A stretch of DNA of 37,547 nt from an uncultured Candidatus Saccharibacteria bacterium (GTDB lineage Bacteria; Patescibacteriota; Saccharimonadia; Saccharimonadales; EFPC-124), in the NCBI GenBank assembly GCA_964436805.1, contig CAYTEG010000004.1:1-37547 (forward strand), written 5' to 3'. The position numbers were made by a program, and so were the translations under genes. Below the pieces are notes generated by a model that was given only the letters and a program-made list of their open reading frames with translations, was not told the DNA's origin and did not search any database. Below, in pieces: positions 1 through 8,255 of this stretch (positions are counted from its first letter, which is position 1; every line of letters begins with the position of its first letter).

Positions 1-111
1 CAAAAGTAACGTAAAAAAATCTACTAGCCCTTCACCAATTTCTTTTGCCTCCTCAAATGTATAGGTTCGCCCGCTCTGTTTGTCTAAAATCTGTCGCAAT
101 TTTTCGTACAT
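1..111 (-). CDS. Small hypothetical protein, runs off the window start (MYEKLRQILDKQSGRTYTFEEAKEIGEGLVDFFTLLL...)
   Basis: Manual translation from ATG at 111 (an in-frame TAA lies immediately upstream); open to position 1. Not in the ORF track. Resembles short helical CPR proteins. Confidence 0.55.
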   Translation of the reverse strand, partial: MYEKLRQILDKQSGRTYTFEEAKEIGEGLVDFFTLLL

Positions 112-204
112 TTAGTCGCTAATTTCGGCCATAGCAAACCTCGCCGATCGTGGTATAAAAGGTTTGGAAGATGTTCAATATCCCCAGCCATGAAATTATT
201 CCGC

Positions 205-236
205 AATATAACCCCCCCAAAAAAAGGGGTTATATT
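205..236. repeat. Perfect 11-bp inverted repeat AATATAACCCC-N10-GGGGTTATATT
   Basis: Arms at 205-215 and 226-236, loop CCCAAAAAAA, followed by a T run; intergenic. Confidence 0.6.
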
Positions 237-338
237 TTTGCCATCACTCGCCAACCTCCAGATTGAGCTCGACCAACTTTTGGAACGTAGCAATTAGATA
301 ACGGTAAGTATGGCCGCCAGCTTTGCTATGATTAATCC

Positions 339-950
339 ATGCATCTTACAAACATCGCCGCCTTCCTCTCGACCGCCATCGCGATTTACTGCACCATTCC
401 GTACATACGGGCTATTTTAAAAGGCAAAACAAAGCCGCACCAACTAAGTTGGCTGGTGTTCGTTATTATGAACGGGATTATTTTATTTTCGCAGTATTTT
501 GAAGGCGGGCGGCAATCAATCCTGATCGCGCTCACCTTTTTTATTGGCAGCGTGATTGTTCTTTTATTGTCGTTTAAATATGGCACGCGCGACACTTCTA
601 AATGGGATAAGCTGCTTTTTGGCTTTGCGCTCGCAACGATCGCCTTATGGCTAGTAACCAGAAGCAACGCTTTTGCCATTTGGCTCACCGTGCTTATTGA
701 TGTTGCGGCGACCACCATGATGATCTTAAAAGTACGTGCAGAGCCTCACACCGAAGATCCTCTCCCCTGGTTTCTTGCGATCGTTGCCTACGTCTTTTCT
801 TGCTTGTCGCTTATTGGCAGCTCTGATTATATTTTGTATGTGCGCCCAATTTTTGGTGGGTTTGTGTGCAACGGCGCCCTATTGTTGGCTATTTTATATT
901 ACCGAAAATCAAAAAATAAGGTTGATACTATAAGCCCGGCTGAGTTGTAG
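339..950 (+). CDS. Multi-pass membrane protein (PQ-loop/SemiSWEET-like duplicated helical bundle)
   Basis: About 7 hydrophobic segments; IPYIRAILKGKTKP..SW and second-half AEPHTE..PW motifs; TGcTATGAT -10 box 6 nt upstream. Confidence 0.7.
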   Translation: MHLTNIAAFLSTAIAIYCTIPYIRAILKGKTKPHQLSWLVFVIMNGIILFSQYFEGGRQSILIALTFFIGSVIVLLLSFKYGTRDTSKWDKLLFGFALATIALWLVTRSNAFAIWLTVLIDVAATTMMILKVRAEPHTEDPLPWFLAIVAYVFSCLSLIGSSDYILYVRPIFGGFVCNGALLLAILYYRKSKNKVDTISPAEL

Positions 951-976
951 ACCTCCAGGCTTTCGTTGGTTAAACT

Positions 977-1005
977 TTGCAAAATCTATTTTTTGCTTAT
1001 AAAAT
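977..1005 (+). promoter_or_regulatory. Sigma70-type promoter TTGCAA-N17-TAAAAT
   Basis: -35 at 977-982, -10 at 1000-1005, upstream of the GGAGG SD at 1028-1032. Confidence 0.55.
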
Positions 1006-1036
1006 AAGTTGTCTGTTCGAACCCTTTGGAGGCGTG

Positions 1037-1618
1037 ATGCCCATACCTACGCAGCAAGATCTTTTGGAGCTCACGCGTCAGGTGTTTACTGGCGCTGTGA
1101 CCCGCGCCCAGTTGGCGGCCAGGTCTTCCCGCGAGCAAGTGTTCGTGGCCACCGGCATTATGCTGGTTGTGCGCGACAAGTACCTTTACGACGACTATAC
1201 GGTTAAGGGGGTGTACAGCAAGGCGCTCGAAGAGCTGTTGATACGAGGCACCGTAAATGTTTTCGTCGAGAGAGGCAGCATCGGCGCCCAGGCGCTGATC
1301 TCTGCGGCTCGAAACTCCGGGCTGTACTCTTCAACTCCAGGCCGGGGCGGTATCAAGCCAATTGTTTTGGAGCCACCAGCTGAATTGGTCGAGCTTGTAC
1401 GTGAGCTTGGCCGCACTGACGCAATTACCGCTTTCCTGCGCGACGCCGAAGCTGGCGCCCGACAGTATGAGCAGTGGGTCGACGAATGGAACGCCGCGCT
1501 TGACAGTAAACATCGCCAAGAATATCTGGAGCGGGTGCTCGAAGAAGTCGCCAGTCGCTGTGGGTCTTCTGGCCTGGAAGACCTACGCTCGATGATCGAG
1601 GAGCGGCTACGGCAGTAA
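1037..1618 (+). CDS. Hypothetical protein
   Basis: ORF 977..1618; start moved to ATG 1037 (or GTG 1034) behind the GGAGG SD. Confidence 0.65.
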   Translation: MPIPTQQDLLELTRQVFTGAVTRAQLAARSSREQVFVATGIMLVVRDKYLYDDYTVKGVYSKALEELLIRGTVNVFVERGSIGAQALISAARNSGLYSSTPGRGGIKPIVLEPPAELVELVRELGRTDAITAFLRDAEAGARQYEQWVDEWNAALDSKHRQEYLERVLEEVASRCGSSGLEDLRSMIEERLRQ

Positions 1619-1631
1619 ACACAGACGCATT

Positions 1632-1669
1632 TGTTACCACCCGCGCTTTCTGTGGTGCGGGTGGTAACA
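1632..1669 (+). terminator. Long GC-rich hairpin without U-tract
   Basis: TGTTACCACCCGC...GCGGGTGGTAACA, 13 nt after the stop codon. Confidence 0.6.
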
Positions 1670-1732
1670 GGTACCTATTCATATGTACTATAATCGGTGC
1701 TGGGCATTTCTCTACTCGTACTAGGAGCGCGT

Positions 1733-2392
1733 ATGATCGCCGAAATGATCGCCCTTGCCAAGATACTCGCTCAGGCTAAAAGCTTCGCGGGCCTTCTTAC
1801 CCAGGAGCGCGATAGAGCGGTAGCCTTGTTGATGCAAACGATTGGCAAAGTCCATATCAAAACAGCCGTAAAGCAGTTGATGGCAACGGAGCACAGCACC
1901 GAACCCGAAAAGGAGCGAAACAACGCCATCAACAACTTCGAAGTCGCGGCCGAGTTTTTGCGCCAATCGCTCACAAAAAAGATATTTCTGCGCCGGTTAC
2001 TATGGGGCTACACCAAACGGCTGCAGCAGACGTATCTTAAAATTACCGGCTGCCACTTAATGATCGCCTGGCTTTACATGAGCTATAACAACATTGCTTT
2101 GGCTAGCCGGCATGCAGCCGATGCGTCGGAGGCTTTTGAGCGTTATGCCGCAATTGAGCGCAACCAATTGGTGCATGCTCTGCTTATAGAATTCACCTGG
2201 AACTGCGGTGGCGATCAGCAGCCTAAAACGTGCTACGTCAATAACAGAAGGACGTGGACGCTTTTGAGGAGATTTGGAGTGGAAGGTCTGCTCGATGAGG
2301 ACACGCTGCCCCAATTGGCGCATAACATAGTAGAGGCCGAGCGAACTGCGCTTTTTGAGTGTCTCGAACCACTCAAGGGTGGGCTCAGCTAA
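1733..2392 (+). CDS. Hypothetical alpha-helical protein
   Basis: ORF 1697..2392; ATG 1733 preceded by AGGAG; TATAAT at 1689-1694. Confidence 0.65.
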   Translation: MIAEMIALAKILAQAKSFAGLLTQERDRAVALLMQTIGKVHIKTAVKQLMATEHSTEPEKERNNAINNFEVAAEFLRQSLTKKIFLRRLLWGYTKRLQQTYLKITGCHLMIAWLYMSYNNIALASRHAADASEAFERYAAIERNQLVHALLIEFTWNCGGDQQPKTCYVNNRRTWTLLRRFGVEGLLDEDTLPQLAHNIVEAERTALFECLEPLKGGLS

Positions 2393-2410
2393 GCAGAGTT
2401 TGCCCTTCTA

Positions 2411-2450
2411 AGTACCCTGGTCACCGAGCAATGTGGGTGGCCAGGGTACT
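2411..2450 (+). terminator. Long hairpin without U-tract
   Basis: AGTACCCTGGTCACC-N10-GGTGGCCAGGGTACT (15-bp stem, one G-U pair). Confidence 0.6.
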
Positions 2451-2559
2451 GATGTCGCCTGTAAAAGCCGTGCTCCCCCAGCCCTGTTTATTTGTAAATA
2501 AATTAGTATACTTAACATTGCCTGAAGGTATTCACTAAATCGAGCAGAAAGCCGGGGCG

Positions 2560-3228
2560 ATGGAACAAAGAGCAGAAATACAAACACGTAAGCGCGCCAC
2601 TGGTTTTATGACGGCACTCGGCGTCATGGCCGACATTAGCGCGGTGGCGGTATTAGTGTTTAACAAAGATTTTTCGCTGTTCGTGCAGTTTGCGTCGGTC
2701 GCCGGCGCTGCGGTCGGCGTGTATCTGCTCATTCGCCAGTGGGGCAAGCCGGTAGGCGTACGCGTGCTGTTTGCCGTCGCCTGCATTACCGCTGGTTGCG
2801 TGGCAGGGGCGTTGTCGCTTGCTGCAGGGGCGCCAGCTGGTGCGGGCACAGTCGCGCCGCCCGGTAAGGGCACTGCGTTTCAGTTCCGGCTAACTCCCTA
2901 TCAGGGAATCGACCTCGATAGCAATAAGCGGCAGGTTATCGACACAGATGGCCCTAACGGTGATGTCGATATATTTATGGCCCAATTTACCTATTTAGAG
3001 GTCAATAACGGGTCGTTCTATATTGACACCGAAGGCCCAGACAGCGAGATCTATAGCCGCTGCACAAGAGCACTGAGCACCCAGCGCAACCCGCAATCTC
3101 AGGTACTACCCCAAAAAGATGTGCGGGTGTGTTTTAAAACATCGGCCGGTAAGATTGGCTGGATACGGGTGAACGATTTTTCGATGAGGGGCCAGGAATA
3201 CGCGGTGCTGAACGTGCAGTTGTGGTAG
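2560..3228 (+). CDS. Membrane protein, 3 N-terminal TM helices plus C-terminal extracellular beta domain
   Basis: Three hydrophobic segments, Ala/Pro/Gly linker, then GIDLDS...C...CFKTSAGKIGWIRV domain with two Cys; reminiscent of actinobacterial proteins (inference). Confidence 0.7.
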   Translation: MEQRAEIQTRKRATGFMTALGVMADISAVAVLVFNKDFSLFVQFASVAGAAVGVYLLIRQWGKPVGVRVLFAVACITAGCVAGALSLAAGAPAGAGTVAPPGKGTAFQFRLTPYQGIDLDSNKRQVIDTDGPNGDVDIFMAQFTYLEVNNGSFYIDTEGPDSEIYSRCTRALSTQRNPQSQVLPQKDVRVCFKTSAGKIGWIRVNDFSMRGQEYAVLNVQLW

Positions 3229-3240
3229 AGGCTTTTAGGC

Positions 3241-3275
3241 GCCGCCTGGCCCTCGGTAGGAGAGGGTCGGGCGGC
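3241..3275 (+). terminator. GC-rich hairpin between convergent genes
   Basis: GCCGCCTGGCCCTC-N7-GAGGGTCGGGCGGC (14-bp stem with G-U pairs). Confidence 0.55.
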
Positions 3276-3303
3276 ACGGTCATTATCGCTGGTTTCTGCC
3301 CGG

Positions 3304-3819
3304 CTACTCGTGTCCCAAATATGGCCACATCGCCTTGAGGTAAGTAAGGTAGTACACGGCTACAAAAACAATCAGCACAATGGCCACCAGCCCCATGCCT
3401 CCGCTGGCTGCAACAATCAGCGCGAGCGCGAACACAGGGAAAAGCACATGGTTCTGCGAGTACAGTTTAAGTGAGGCGTTTGCCGACGCTTGCAGCAGGC
3501 GTTCGTCGTCGCCGATAACCTCGTTTGGCCGTAACGAAAATGGCCGCAGCTTTTTGCTATGTTTTTTGTTGTAGCGGCTGCAAATAACGCTGTACGCAAC
3601 GAGCGCCAAGATACCAAGCAATAGAGTAGTGGTGAGCCAAAGGTTTAAGCTAATTGAGCTGGTTTGCCCGGTCGGTGTTTGCTCGAGCGTTATAATTGCT
3701 TGCCCAGAGGTGCCCAGAACAAATATTTCATACAGTGTGGTGGCGATGAGCATACCGGTAATAGCAAACACCATTTGCCAGATTGGTGAGTGCACCGAGA
3801 AAAGTTTTTTTGAAATCAT
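3304..3819 (-). CDS. 4-TM membrane protein coupled to the XRE regulator
   Basis: Four hydrophobic helices with a central DDER motif typical of membrane partners of XRE regulators; ATG overlaps the regulator stop (ATGA). Confidence 0.7.
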   Translation of the reverse strand: MISKKLFSVHSPIWQMVFAITGMLIATTLYEIFVLGTSGQAIITLEQTPTGQTSSISLNLWLTTTLLLGILALVAYSVICSRYNKKHSKKLRPFSLRPNEVIGDDERLLQASANASLKLYSQNHVLFPVFALALIVAASGGMGLVAIVLIVFVAVYYLTYLKAMWPYLGHE

Positions 3820-4028
3820 GATTCATCCTCGAGCCAAAAAAGCTCATTAATTGGTGTGTGGAGCGCGGCCGCCAAGCGCAGCGCAAGCAAAACAGAGGGC
3901 GAATAATCGCCTTTTTCGATCGCCGCAATTGTTTGGCGGGTAACTTCGACCTTTTCTGCTAGTTGTATTTGCGTAAGGCCGTTTACTTTGCGGCGGATGC
4001 TTATATTATTTTTTAATTTTGTGGCCAG
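3816..4028 (-). CDS. XRE/Cro-C1 family HTH transcriptional regulator, probable CTG start
   Basis: Manual translation: (M)ATKLKNNISIRRKVNGLTQIQLAEKVEVTRQTIAAIEKGDYSPSVLLALRLAAALHTPINELFWLEDES*. Classic HTH_3 pattern; no in-frame ATG/GTG/TTG upstream; AGGGG SD-like element 7 nt before CTG 4028. Confidence 0.85.
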   Translation of the reverse strand: MATKLKNNISIRRKVNGLTQIQLAEKVEVTRQTIAAIEKGDYSPSVLLALRLAAALHTPINELFWLEDES

Positions 4029-4056
4029 TGTAGTACCCCTATTTACTACAATCGAG

Positions 4057-4095
4057 TGTAAAGTAAACTTAACATTATGTAAACATTTATTAACA
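4057..4095. promoter_or_regulatory. Tandem imperfect palindromes TGTAAA-N6-TTAACA, probable XRE operators
   Basis: TGTAAAGTAAACTTAACA (4057-4074) and TGTAAACATTTATTAACA (4078-4095), 21-bp period, directly upstream of the XRE gene. Confidence 0.6.
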
Positions 4096-4176
4096 TTTTA
4101 GTTCGAACGTTTGCGGTTATTTTGCCTTCGTTCGCGTTAAGCGTCGCTGGCAAGTATTTAAGCGGCAAACCGTAAG

Positions 4177-4440
4177 CTAACCGCGGCTCGCAAACCGCGC
4201 CCGCGCCTTTGCGGCTTCTTCTTCGCGGTTTTTATACGGCGCGTTTGTGTTGAGCGCCAGCAAAAGTTTGCGGGTCGCCACCGCCACTTCGCCAATCGCC
4301 GCGTCAAAAGCGGCCTGGTTAACCTGCGACGGCTCGTTGTATCCGCTTACCTTGCGCACAAATTGTAGCGCGGCCGCCTTTATTTCGTCGTCGGTTGCGG
4401 GTGGGTCAAAATGAAAGAGGGGTTTGATGTTTCGGCACAT
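4177..4440 (-). CDS. DUF2277 family protein
   Basis: MCRNIKPLFHFDPPATDDEIKAAALQFVRKVSG signature; real start at ATG 4440 with TACAAT 6 nt upstream. Confidence 0.85.
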   Translation of the reverse strand: MCRNIKPLFHFDPPATDDEIKAAALQFVRKVSGYNEPSQVNQAAFDAAIGEVAVATRKLLLALNTNAPYKNREEEAAKARARFASRG

Positions 4441-4506
4441 GGCATTATTGTAGCACTCGCGCCCACGCTTCCGCTCCCCCGTTTTTAGCGGTATACTATA
4501 AGCATT

Positions 4507-5976
4507 ATGCGCGTTTTCCGGCTTACCAAACAGTCGTTTAAATTGCCGCTGCTGGCGGCTTTGGCGCTTGTGGTTGCTGCTGCCGGCGTGCTGTACCGCC
4601 AACCGGCGCCGGCGCACGGCGCAACTAATGGCAAGATCGTTTTTTCGCGCACCGACGCTGATTCGCGCATTTTCGTGATGGACGCCGACGGCACCAACAT
4701 GCACGAAATCATCACGGCCGACCCTGGCAACTACCCAATGTGGTCGCCGGACGGCACAAAAATCGCCTACAGCACCCTTGTAAGCGGCGTGTACCAAATT
4801 GCCGTCATGAACGCCGACGGTAGCGGCCAAACCCAGCTTACCCATGCAACCGAATTTATGATCGGCCCCAGTTGGTCGCCCGACGGCAGCAAACTGGCCT
4901 TTTTATGTTACGACGGCGTCGACACCCAACTGTGCACTATAAACGTCGACGGCTCCAACCAAACGCAAATCACCCACAGCTCCACCATTTTTGGTTTGCC
5001 CGATTGGTCGGTGGCAAACAAAATTGCCTACACTTGTTACGACGGCGTCCATACTCAAATTTGCACGATCAACCCCGACGGCAGCGGCGATACGCAAATT
5101 ACCCACGATGTCATCGACCACGAGTGGGCGTCGTGGTCGCACGACGGCACCCGGCTGGTGTACCAGGAGGCCGGCACGTTTTACGTGTACCGCCTGGCGA
5201 TTATTAACGCCGACGGCACCGGCTTGCAACACCTCACCACAACCACCACCAATGTGCAGACGCCGCGCTGGTCGCCCGATAATTCCAAAATTGTGTATTC
5301 TAACTTTAATGGCAGCACCGACGCCACGCAGCGCATTTACACCATTGGTGTTGATGGCACGGGCGAGACGGCGATTTCTGACGACGACGGTATATATTCG
5401 GATCTTCCGTCGTGGCAGCCGTTGGTAACCAGCGACCAAGATGGTGACGGTTCGCTTTCGGCCGCCGAACAGACTGCGCCAAACGGCGGCGACGCCAACA
5501 ACGACGGCGTTGGCGATTTTGCGCAGCCAATGGTAACGAGCATGGTAAATGGCGTCACGAGCAAATATGTTGCGCTGCAATCGGATTGCGTGGCGAACGC
5601 CGGTGTTTCGGCCGCCGCAGCGACTCACACGGACGCTGGTTTTACCTACCCTGCCGGGCTGCTGAGCTTTACGTTAGACTGTTCGGTTGGCGCAACCGCC
5701 ACGGTGACGCAGTATTTTTACGGGCTCAGCGCTAACAGTACGTTTGTGCTCCGCAAGTACAACGCCAGCACCAACCAGTATGCCACCGTGCCCGGCGCGG
5801 TAATTTCGGCCGTGACGATCGGCGGCCAGGCGGCCACAAAAGTGGTATACCAAATTGCCGATGGCGGCCCGCTCGACCAAGACGCTACCGCTAACGGCAC
5901 AATTGTCGACCCTGTCGGCGTGGCACTGCCTGCCGCCGGCGTGCCAAACACTGGCCTTGGCGGGTTACTGCGCTAG
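4507..5976 (+). CDS. Secreted TolB-like beta-propeller (PD40 repeats) + choice-of-anchor U-like domain, C-terminal VPNTG
   Basis: Signal peptide; repeated P.WSPDG.KIAY and NADGSGQTQLT units; DGGPLDQDATANGTIVDPVG motif; ends VPNTGLGGLLR. Confidence 0.85.
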   Translation: MRVFRLTKQSFKLPLLAALALVVAAAGVLYRQPAPAHGATNGKIVFSRTDADSRIFVMDADGTNMHEIITADPGNYPMWSPDGTKIAYSTLVSGVYQIAVMNADGSGQTQLTHATEFMIGPSWSPDGSKLAFLCYDGVDTQLCTINVDGSNQTQITHSSTIFGLPDWSVANKIAYTCYDGVHTQICTINPDGSGDTQITHDVIDHEWASWSHDGTRLVYQEAGTFYVYRLAIINADGTGLQHLTTTTTNVQTPRWSPDNSKIVYSNFNGSTDATQRIYTIGVDGTGETAISDDDGIYSDLPSWQPLVTSDQDGDGSLSAAEQTAPNGGDANNDGVGDFAQPMVTSMVNGVTSKYVALQSDCVANAGVSAAAATHTDAGFTYPAGLLSFTLDCSVGATATVTQYFYGLSANSTFVLRKYNASTNQYATVPGAVISAVTIGGQAATKVVYQIADGGPLDQDATANGTIVDPVGVALPAAGVPNTGLGGLLR

Positions 5977-7572
5977 ACGCGGTGTTTTTGCCGCGGCGCC
6001 GTCGTCGTAAAAAAGCAGTGTTTCTTTGGGTGATTCATGGCTGCCGGCAATAATTACCTCTGTCGACGGTTTGCCGTATTGCTGCTCGATTAATTGTTTA
6101 GTGCAGGTTTGCTGCGGCACGCCAGTCGCCTGCGCGGTAAGCAAATACGCAAAACTATGTGTCAGCACCTCTGGCCGCCACGTGCGGCTAGTGAGCACGG
6201 GCGTTTTTTGTATGCAACCCTGCAGCGGCATAATTGCCTGGCTGGCTTGCGGCGTGAGCGCCCGGATTGGCACGACGCGCCAGTAATTACCGGCCACAAA
6301 CTCAACGTGGTGCTGCTGCAATGCGGTTGCGATTTTTTGGTTGCGCTGGGCCAGAGCGTTTTGCGCGGCAAGCTGGGTATTGTGCTGCAGCGCCGCGCCT
6401 AGTGCCAGCGCCACAATGCACGCTCCGGCCACAATAAACGGCGTCATTTTTGGCAACCGCACCGTGCGCAGCCAAACGGCAAGTACAATAAAGCCCGCAA
6501 AAAATGCAAAACTTAGGTAGCGGGCATTTTGCACATACGGTTGGTTGGTAAGCGCAAATCCGCCAACAGCAGCAATAGCCGTGGCCAGCGCCATTGCCGC
6601 AAAATGCATGGCCGCCGGTTGCTTACTTGTTTTAAATAGCTGTTTAACAAGCCACACCGCCGCCCACACAACAAGCCCCAAAACAACGGCGTTTAACGCA
6701 AAAGCCGGCCACGCGCCAACGCCAGCGCGAGCCGTCAGGCCAAAATTGAGTGCCAGCGCCTGGGCGGTGCCCGCCACTCCCTGCCAGGCTTCGGGCAAGC
6801 TTGCGACTGGCTCATACCCCAGCGGATACGACACTAAATGAGTGAGCGTTTGGGTAATAACCGCCAGCCATGCCAGGCTGAGCGCCCACGCCGCGACACT
6901 CCCGGCCAGCCAAAAGCGCGCCAACCGTTTAAAAGCCAGGTTTTGCTGCAAAAGCGCGGCCATGCCAAAAACAAGCGCGCCGCCAACGCTAAAGTACATA
7001 AACAGATTGTCGTTGGCGAATAGCAGCGAAAGCAGCGCGGTGCCGCTCGCCCACCGCTTGGCACGGAGGCTGGGCGTTTTAAGGTACAGCAGTAGGACGC
7101 CAATAAATATAACGTACTCAATGTTGCGGCCGGTCAACATCGCCAGGCTCAGCGGCGCGGCGACTCCGCCATCGAACACTTGCACTGGCACGAGCACCAA
7201 AACCGAGGCCAACAAAATGCATAGCGTGTCAAACACCCGCGGCGTTCGTTTGCAGATGCGGTACAAAACATACAGTAATCCGGCGATTGTCACCACCGCA
7301 AGCAAAACAGTTAGCCCAACATACAGCGCTGGCGCAAAATGCCAAACACTCAGCAGCGCAAACAGCGGCCATTTTATAAGCTGCGTATGTTCGAGCGGAA
7401 AGATCGCGCCACTAAACGTCTGCGGCGACTCAAACAAAAACCCGTTCACCAGTTGGTCAGCGTTTTGGGCTTGCAGCAGTGCGGCCGAGCCAGCGGTAAT
7501 TGCCGTAACCCCAAGCGCAAGTGCCGCCGGCCACCACCGCAGCGCGGCGCGAAGTTGTAACCAAAGCTTCAT
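5965..7572 (-). CDS. Polytopic membrane protein, probable GT-C-type glycosyltransferase/surface-modification enzyme
   Basis: More than 10 TM segments, N-terminal NAD motif, RY motif before the last TMs, GNYW in the C-terminal extracellular domain; start at ATG 7572 avoids overlap with the sortase. Confidence 0.6.
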   Translation of the reverse strand: MKLWLQLRAALRWWPAALALGVTAITAGSAALLQAQNADQLVNGFLFESPQTFSGAIFPLEHTQLIKWPLFALLSVWHFAPALYVGLTVLLAVVTIAGLLYVLYRICKRTPRVFDTLCILLASVLVLVPVQVFDGGVAAPLSLAMLTGRNIEYVIFIGVLLLYLKTPSLRAKRWASGTALLSLLFANDNLFMYFSVGGALVFGMAALLQQNLAFKRLARFWLAGSVAAWALSLAWLAVITQTLTHLVSYPLGYEPVASLPEAWQGVAGTAQALALNFGLTARAGVGAWPAFALNAVVLGLVVWAAVWLVKQLFKTSKQPAAMHFAAMALATAIAAVGGFALTNQPYVQNARYLSFAFFAGFIVLAVWLRTVRLPKMTPFIVAGACIVALALGAALQHNTQLAAQNALAQRNQKIATALQQHHVEFVAGNYWRVVPIRALTPQASQAIMPLQGCIQKTPVLTSRTWRPEVLTHSFAYLLTAQATGVPQQTCTKQLIEQQYGKPSTEVIIAGSHESPKETLLFYDDGAAAKTPRLAQ

Positions 7573-7579
7573 TACCCCA

Positions 7580-7602
7580 AGTGTAGCACTAGCTGCTACA
7601 CT
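7580..7602. promoter_or_regulatory. Symmetric divergent extended -10 promoter pair
   Basis: AGTGTAGCA-N5-TGCTACACT, a perfect 9-bp inverted repeat; each arm reads TGcTACACT and lies 6-7 nt from an ATG (7572 minus, 7609 plus). Confidence 0.65.
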
Positions 7603-7608
7603 GGGTAT

Positions 7609-8253
7609 ATGCGTAGGAGGATTTTGTGGCTTGGCGCAGGCGCCTGCCTTGTTGTTGCCGCTGGCGTACTGTTTTTTGTGATGCGCCCTGCTCCTAAAGC
7701 TGCCGCTCCTGCTGCTGCGCCCCAGCCGCAAAATGTCGTCACTTATTCGACCGACACGCCGTCGGAAGAGCCGGCGACGGTACATACGTATCAATCGAAG
7801 GCCAAGGGTAACGAGCCAAAATATATTACGCTGCCTAGCCTTAACGCCGGCGGTTATGTCGAGGCGGTCGGGCTCGACCAACACGGCGCCGTGGCCGTGC
7901 CGAGCAATATTAACTTGGCCGGCTGGTACGTGGGCACGCTGGCGCCGGGGCTTGCCGGCCTAAGCGTCATCGACGGCCATGTAAACGGCCAAAAGTTGCC
8001 CGGCGTTTTTGCCGATTTAGCAAAGTTAGCGGCCGGCGACACTTTTACGGTAGAGCTGGCAAACGGCACCGTGCACCATTTTACGGTTAAAAGCGTCAGC
8101 CAGGTGCCAGCCGACGCAGCTGGCACCGCACTTTTTGCCCGCGACAACACTATTGCCAGCCAGCTCAACCTTATTACCTGCGGCGGCGAGTTTAACCGCA
8201 GCAAAGGCGTGTACCAAGACCGCATAATTGTGGTAGCGGCGTTGGTTGATTAA
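7609..8253 (+). CDS. Class F sortase
   Basis: N-terminal TM; AGWY..PG..G.SVIDGH, LNLITCGG and downstream R (His-Cys-Arg triad). Confidence 0.9.
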   Translation: MRRRILWLGAGACLVVAAGVLFFVMRPAPKAAAPAAAPQPQNVVTYSTDTPSEEPATVHTYQSKAKGNEPKYITLPSLNAGGYVEAVGLDQHGAVAVPSNINLAGWYVGTLAPGLAGLSVIDGHVNGQKLPGVFADLAKLAAGDTFTVELANGTVHHFTVKSVSQVPADAAGTALFARDNTIASQLNLITCGGEFNRSKGVYQDRIIVVAALVD

Positions 8254-8255
8254 CT

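Noticed and set aside
1632-3275. Integron attC sites
   Set aside because: The hairpins are unrelated in sequence, only 35-40 nt long, and lack the RYYYAAC...GTTRRRY arrangement; no integrase seen.
4441-4845. N-terminal extensions of ORF-track calls (e.g. 4177..4845, 5965..7884, 9173..10714, 15297..17228, 33505..34608)
   Set aside because: The extensions overlap well-supported neighbouring genes; internal starts with -10 boxes, signal peptides or family N-termini fit better.
4700-5420. Repeated GACGGC/TGGTCGCC words resembling a DNA repeat array or CRISPR
   Set aside because: These are coding repeats of the PD40 propeller blades; there are no identical repeats with unique spacers.
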